NCBI GenBank assembly: GCA_963780745.1
Contig: CAWACT010000003.1
Coordinates: 528,326-592,325, forward strand
Reading direction: 5' to 3'
Origin: an uncultured Actinomycetes bacterium
GTDB lineage: Bacteria > Actinomycetota > Acidimicrobiia > Spongiisociales > DATADW01
DNA length: 64,000 bases
Part shown: positions 60,213 to 64,000 of the stretch, one piece after another
Position numbering within the stretch: the first letter of the stretch is position 1
Layout: every line of letters starts with the position of its first letter
Position numbers and translations under genes: made by a program
The notes under the pieces: model-generated
Seen by the model: the letters and a program-made list of their open reading frames with translations, nothing else
Told to the model about the DNA's origin: nothing
Database searches by the model: none

Positions 60213-61103
60213 TCAGGCGATCGGCTCGGCCGAGAAGACAGGCGGGCGGGAAGGGTGCGCGGCCCGGCAAGTGAGCACCGACTCTCCGGCGGCGCTCTCG
60301 TAGGCGATCCTGACCGTGATGTTCTCCCCACCAGGGCCATGCGCCGATACCTCGGCTGCACCCGGCGCCAAGCGCTTCAAGCCGACCACCTCCACGTCAT
60401 CGACTCCCGTCCATCCAAAGCGGATCCGGATGAAATGATCGGCGGCCTGGGCGATGCGGTGCATCGAGCTCCGACCCCTGTAGCGGTCCAGCTCCAAGCG
60501 ACCGAGCTCGAACGAGCCGATGACACGGGGGGCTTCGTCCGGCTCGACCCGCCCGAAGTAGGCCCCGTGAGGCAGGACGAGAATGTTGCCGGCGAAACGA
60601 TCGCCTCCTATGTGCGATGTCTCCCACACCCTCTCCGGGAGCAGCGCGGACGCTGCCCGGTACAGCGGCCTCCCCCGATCGGCGCAACAGATGTCGTGTC
60701 GTCCGTGGGTGCACACCAGGTATACGGGTCGGGTTTCCCGGGGGCCCAAGGCTTCTCCGGCGGCGAGCGCGGCAAGATCGACATCGAGCACGTCCTCGGG
60801 TCGACTGAGCGTCTGGCGGACCAACACAGGTTCCCGACCGGCACTGTGGGCGAGGAGAATCATCCGCTCGCCCGGGGAATGGCGGCCGCGCCGGATCAAC
60901 AAAGCCCGCACTCCGTGGGCCGCGGCACGCCGCTCGAGCTCGGCGGCCACAGCGATGGGAAACCGGCTCTCCAGCATTGCCTCGGGACCCCATGGCCCGG
61001 GCTGCTCGATGGCGAGCCAAGCGACGACCGTTGACGCCGTGGCGAACAGTGTCTCTTCCCGGTGCCGCGCCTCGGTCGAGCAGCGGAACCGGTCGGCGGT
61101 CAA
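60213..61103 (-). CDS. sucrase/ferredoxin-like (thioredoxin-like [2Fe-2S]) family protein
   Basis: VCTHGRHDICCADRGRP and SHIGGDRFAGNILVLPHG match the Suc_Fer-like pattern by eye. The ATG at 61103 overlaps the upstream stop (ATGA). Confidence 0.65.
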   Translation of the reverse strand: MTADRFRCSTEARHREETLFATASTVVAWLAIEQPGPWGPEAMLESRFPIAVAAELERRAAAHGVRALLIRRGRHSPGERMILLAHSAGREPVLVRQTLSRPEDVLDVDLAALAAGEALGPRETRPVYLVCTHGRHDICCADRGRPLYRAASALLPERVWETSHIGGDRFAGNILVLPHGAYFGRVEPDEAPRVIGSFELGRLELDRYRGRSSMHRIAQAADHFIRIRFGWTGVDDVEVVGLKRLAPGAAEVSAHGPGGENITVRIAYESAAGESVLTCRAAHPSRPPVFSAEPIA

Positions 61104-62251
61104 CCGACCACCTCGAGCAAGCCCTCCTTGATCAGCCTCCGCACCAGGACCATTTGGCTCTCTGCATCCAGGCCCAGCTCGCCGACCCTGATCCGGCCGC
61201 GCTCGAGCAACTGGGCCATCACCGGCGCCACGAATGCCGGCATTCTCAGCTCTCGGTCTCCGAGCAACACCGCCAGGTCATCGCCCTCTGGCTGCAAGAG
61301 GCAGAGCGCACCGGTCCTCACCTCCACCCACGATTGGTCGGACAACTGGTCCAGATCGAGCATGCGGCGCATCTGGCCGGAGAGCAATGGTTGGCGGGTG
61401 GTGAAGAACCTCCGCTGCAGCCGACCACCGACCGCATCCCGGTCGACCTTGGTCATCAGCAGCTCGCCGATTCGATCGAGACGCTGGTCGACCGTCGCAC
61501 TCAATGCCTGCTGGTCGTCGGCGAACCGGAGTGGCAAGGGCTCGTCCAACTCTCCATCCGTCTCGAGCAGCCAAAGCGCCGCCTCGAGCACCTCCTTCGT
61601 CCCGATCGACAGGATCCCGATGGTGAGATGCACCGAAGCCGAAGTCTGGGTGGCGGCGGCGTGCGGGAAGTTGCTCGGGATGTACAGACTGTCGCCCGGT
61701 CCGAGGTCGATTTCGATCAGCGCAGCCCGGGTCGGCGGCAGGTCATTCCTATCGTGGACAACCCAGCGCTTGCTCCCGTGGCTCTGCAGCACGAAGACGT
61801 CGTGGTCGTCCTGGTGGAGATCGAAGCCCTGCGACCCGGGTGGAGTCACATAGGCGTTGACTTGCACCGGGTGGCCGAGGGCCACTTCCAAGCTGCGGGC
61901 GAAGCCGGCCACCGGGGACCAGTAGCGGTGCATGCCCTGGAGCACGATGGTCGCCCCGGCGTCGAAGTGGGCGAACACCGCGGCAGCGTCGGCGACCCCG
62001 GTCGCCGCTTGGGACCCGGTTCTCGTCGACTTCGTATAACCGCTCGGGGAGAGGATCTTCCCCTGTTGAACCAGCCTGAAGGCGGGCAGCCTGAGGCCGG
62101 CAGAGGAGATCAGGTGGTCGACATCGTCGAGCGAGAGCAGGTCGCTGAAGCCATCGGGAGAACGATGCAGCAGCGGACGCTTTCCCCACACCTCGGTGGC
62201 GAAGGAGGCGGGGTCGCCGACGCAGCGCTCCAGGCCGGTATCGGACGTCAT
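61100..62251 (-). CDS. JmjC/cupin-4 family Fe(II)/2-oxoglutarate oxygenase (YcfD/RoxA-like)
   Basis: NAYVTPPGSQGFDLHQDDHDVFVLQSHGSKRW (HxD) and GDSLYIPSNFPHAA (distal His). Size (383 aa) and the C-terminal helical domain fit ribosomal-oxygenase-type proteins. Confidence 0.7.
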   Translation of the reverse strand: MTSDTGLERCVGDPASFATEVWGKRPLLHRSPDGFSDLLSLDDVDHLISSAGLRLPAFRLVQQGKILSPSGYTKSTRTGSQAATGVADAAAVFAHFDAGATIVLQGMHRYWSPVAGFARSLEVALGHPVQVNAYVTPPGSQGFDLHQDDHDVFVLQSHGSKRWVVHDRNDLPPTRAALIEIDLGPGDSLYIPSNFPHAAATQTSASVHLTIGILSIGTKEVLEAALWLLETDGELDEPLPLRFADDQQALSATVDQRLDRIGELLMTKVDRDAVGGRLQRRFFTTRQPLLSGQMRRMLDLDQLSDQSWVEVRTGALCLLQPEGDDLAVLLGDRELRMPAFVAPVMAQLLERGRIRVGELGLDAESQMVLVRRLIKEGLLEVVG

Positions 62252-62283
62252 CGAGCCCTCATCGGCCTCGCGATGTAGTCCTC

Positions 62284-62563
62284 CTAGCGCTCGCCGTCGG
62301 TCCCGTCCACGCCGTCGCTGTCGGTCCCGTCAACACCGTCGGCATCGGTTCCGTCCACGCCGTCGGCGTCCGTGCCATCAACACCGTCGACACCGTTGGC
62401 GTCGGTCCCGTCCACGCCGTCAACACCGTCGGCATCGGTTCCGTCCACGCCGTCGGTATCGGTGCCATCCACCGCCGTCGGCATCGTCCTTCTGGGACGA
62501 GGGAACCCCGCCTATCACGGTCCGGATGTCCTCATCGCGCAGCGACGGATGGTCATTGCTCAT
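62284..62563 (-). CDS. small acidic repeat protein (about 92 aa): 28-aa N-terminal region followed by seven DGVDGTDx octapeptide repeats; one frameshift near 62472-62476
   Basis: GAGGAGGG lies 5 nt upstream of the ATG at 62563 (MSNDHPSLRDEDIRTVIGGVPSSQKDDADG). Removing one G joins it to ORF 62284..62484 (VDGTDTDGVDGTDADGVDG...DGER-stop). The nucleotide-level periodicity is 24 nt. Confidence 0.6.
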
Positions 62564-62595
62564 TTCGCCCTCCTCGTCAGGTCTCGTCGATGAGG

Positions 62596-64000
62596 CTAAC
62601 GCTGCGCCACGAGATCCGGTCGCTGGTCCAACTCGACCAGCCGGCAAAGCGCATCCACCGCACGATCGACATCGTCGATCGTGTTGTAGAGAGCGAAGCT
62701 GAGCCGGCAGGTGGCCTGAGGGGCGAGGCCCAACCACCGGTGGGCCAGCGAGGCACAGTGACACCCGGCGCGGGCTTCGACACCCTGGCGGTCGAGTCCG
62801 TCGGCCAGGTCGTACGGGCTCCACCCTTCCACGTTGAAGGCGACGAGCGGGGATCGGTCCTCGCCAGCCGGTGGGCCATAGAGCGTGATCCCGCCGACCT
62901 CGGACAAGCGCTCCATTGCGTGGGAAGTGAGCATCTTGCGTGTGGTCCCGAACCGCACTCATCACCTCGCTCACGACAGAGCGAGGCACGGACCTCTCGG
63001 TGCGGAAATACGGCTCGGCACCCGGCCCGCTCACCATATCGACCAGAAGTCGGAGCGCCTGGCCCGACACGATCACCTCGAGGACGGCAGGGGTGCCCGC
63101 CGCCGATCGCCAAGGGAGGTCGGCGTACTCGATGCGGTCATCCCAGACCCCACCGTCGGCGATCATGTCGCCGCCATAGAGGAACGGGCGCGTGCCGGCG
63201 ATGAGGTCCTCCTTCCCATAGAGGACACCGACTCCGAACGGCGCCAGGATCTTGTGGAAGGAGAAGGACAACCAGTCCACGTCGAGAGCCGCCACGTCCA
63301 CCGGATTGCTCGGCACCAATTGAGCCCCATCCACCAGTAGCAGCGACCGGAGGCGGCCATCGGGCTGCTCGTATCCGCTGCCATCAGCGATCGCCCGGAC
63401 GTCGGCGAGTGGCGGTTTGCTGCCGAGGAAGTTCGATGCGCCGGTGCAGCAAATCAGCTTGGTTCTGTTGTCGACGAGGTGCGCCATGTGGTCGAGGTCG
63501 AGCTCTCCGGTTGCGCGGTCGAAGTCGACCAGCCGATACTCGACGTGCCGCCCCAGGGGTTGGAGGATCTCTTTCGTCATCCCATACCAAGGGACGTAGT
63601 TGGAGTTGTGCTCCATCCTGGTGGTGACCACGTTGTCCCCGTCGCGGAACTCGGTCAGCATCGAGTACATCACCGCGTTGTGCGCCTCGGTGGTGTTGCG
63701 GTAGATGGCGATGTTGCGCCTGCTCGGCGCGTTGATCCATTGGGCGATGGTGTCGTATGCGCTCTCGAAGAGGTCGGTCATCAACCGCGCCGCGGTTGAC
63801 CTGCCGCGGTGGACGCTCTCATAGCCGGGCACGAGCTCGGCCAGCAGTTCGACGAGCTCGCGCGGGTGACTGGGTGGTGGCGGCGTTGTTGGTCACAATC
63901 CGGCCCCGCCCGACAAAGTCGAAGTGGTCCCTGATCCGCTCGACGTCGAACCGTGGTTTGCTCTCGGCGGCCGCGGTCTCGCCCGGATCAGTGCCGACAT
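62596..64000 (-). CDS. class V aminotransferase-fold PLP enzyme, cysteine desulfurase (SufS/CsdA)-like; 5' end beyond the window; frameshifts near 62950 and 63860
   Basis: PLP-lysine region LSFSFHKILAPFGVGVLYG and active-site Cys region ARAGCHCA. The N-terminal KPRFDVERIRDHFDF reading continues past base 64000. Confidence 0.75.

Overview
Visibly GC-rich (GC not computed), Actinomycetota-type core-chromosome segment. It holds about 60 protein genes, mostly on the minus strand in long operons with 1-4 nt start/stop overlaps (ATGA/GTGA/TTGA), and one tRNA-Pro(GGG). I found no rRNA, CRISPR array, transposase or phage genes. Left to right: a NitT/TauT-type ABC importer with amidohydrolase and Dabb genes (1-5226); a VWA/solute-binding lipoprotein operon (5337-8843); DedA; a 1199-aa degenerate-NTPase/TPR/TM/PQQ-propeller protein (9595-13194); a patatin-ECF sigma-anti-sigma operon bracketed by a 15-bp palindrome family (13208-15440); a PNK-like kinase::LLM oxidoreductase fusion; rnhB and yqgE; a badly broken TAP-type hydrolase; a lipoprotein plus FtsH-like protease; a PDZ lipoprotein; a lipase. 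Next come gcvT-gcvPA-gcvPB and the conserved actinobacterial MerR / bifunctional-nuclease / MerR / FHA / gcvH neighbourhood, interrupted by hpt, a D,D-carboxypeptidase and an orphan Opp-type permease pair. Then a pgsA-like gene; a complete Opp/Dpp-type importer; tRNA-Pro; der, ispH, cmk, aroA, rluB, scpB, scpA, an HD protein, a DksA/TraR protein, xerD, ald, a NUDIX hydrolase and pyrG; a YdeP-type molybdopterin oxidoreductase; and at the right edge a sufS-like / acidic DGVDGTD-repeat peptide / JmjC-cupin / sucrase-ferredoxin-like cluster. Roughly half of the genes need one or more frame corrections, often in G/C homopolymers, so the ORF track splits or falsely fuses many genes. My coordinates describe the reconstructed genes. 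Most worth a second look: (i) the acidic repeat peptide + JmjC oxygenase + thioredoxin-like ferredoxin cluster; (ii) the CCAACCCAGGGTTGG palindrome arrays around the patatin/ECF-sigma module; (iii) three different heptanucleotide tandem repeats, each at a convergent gene junction; (iv) the pseudo-NTPase/TPR/PQQ transmembrane protein; (v) a structured duplicated element upstream of the PDZ lipoprotein. All homology statements come from motif recognition by eye, not from database searches.
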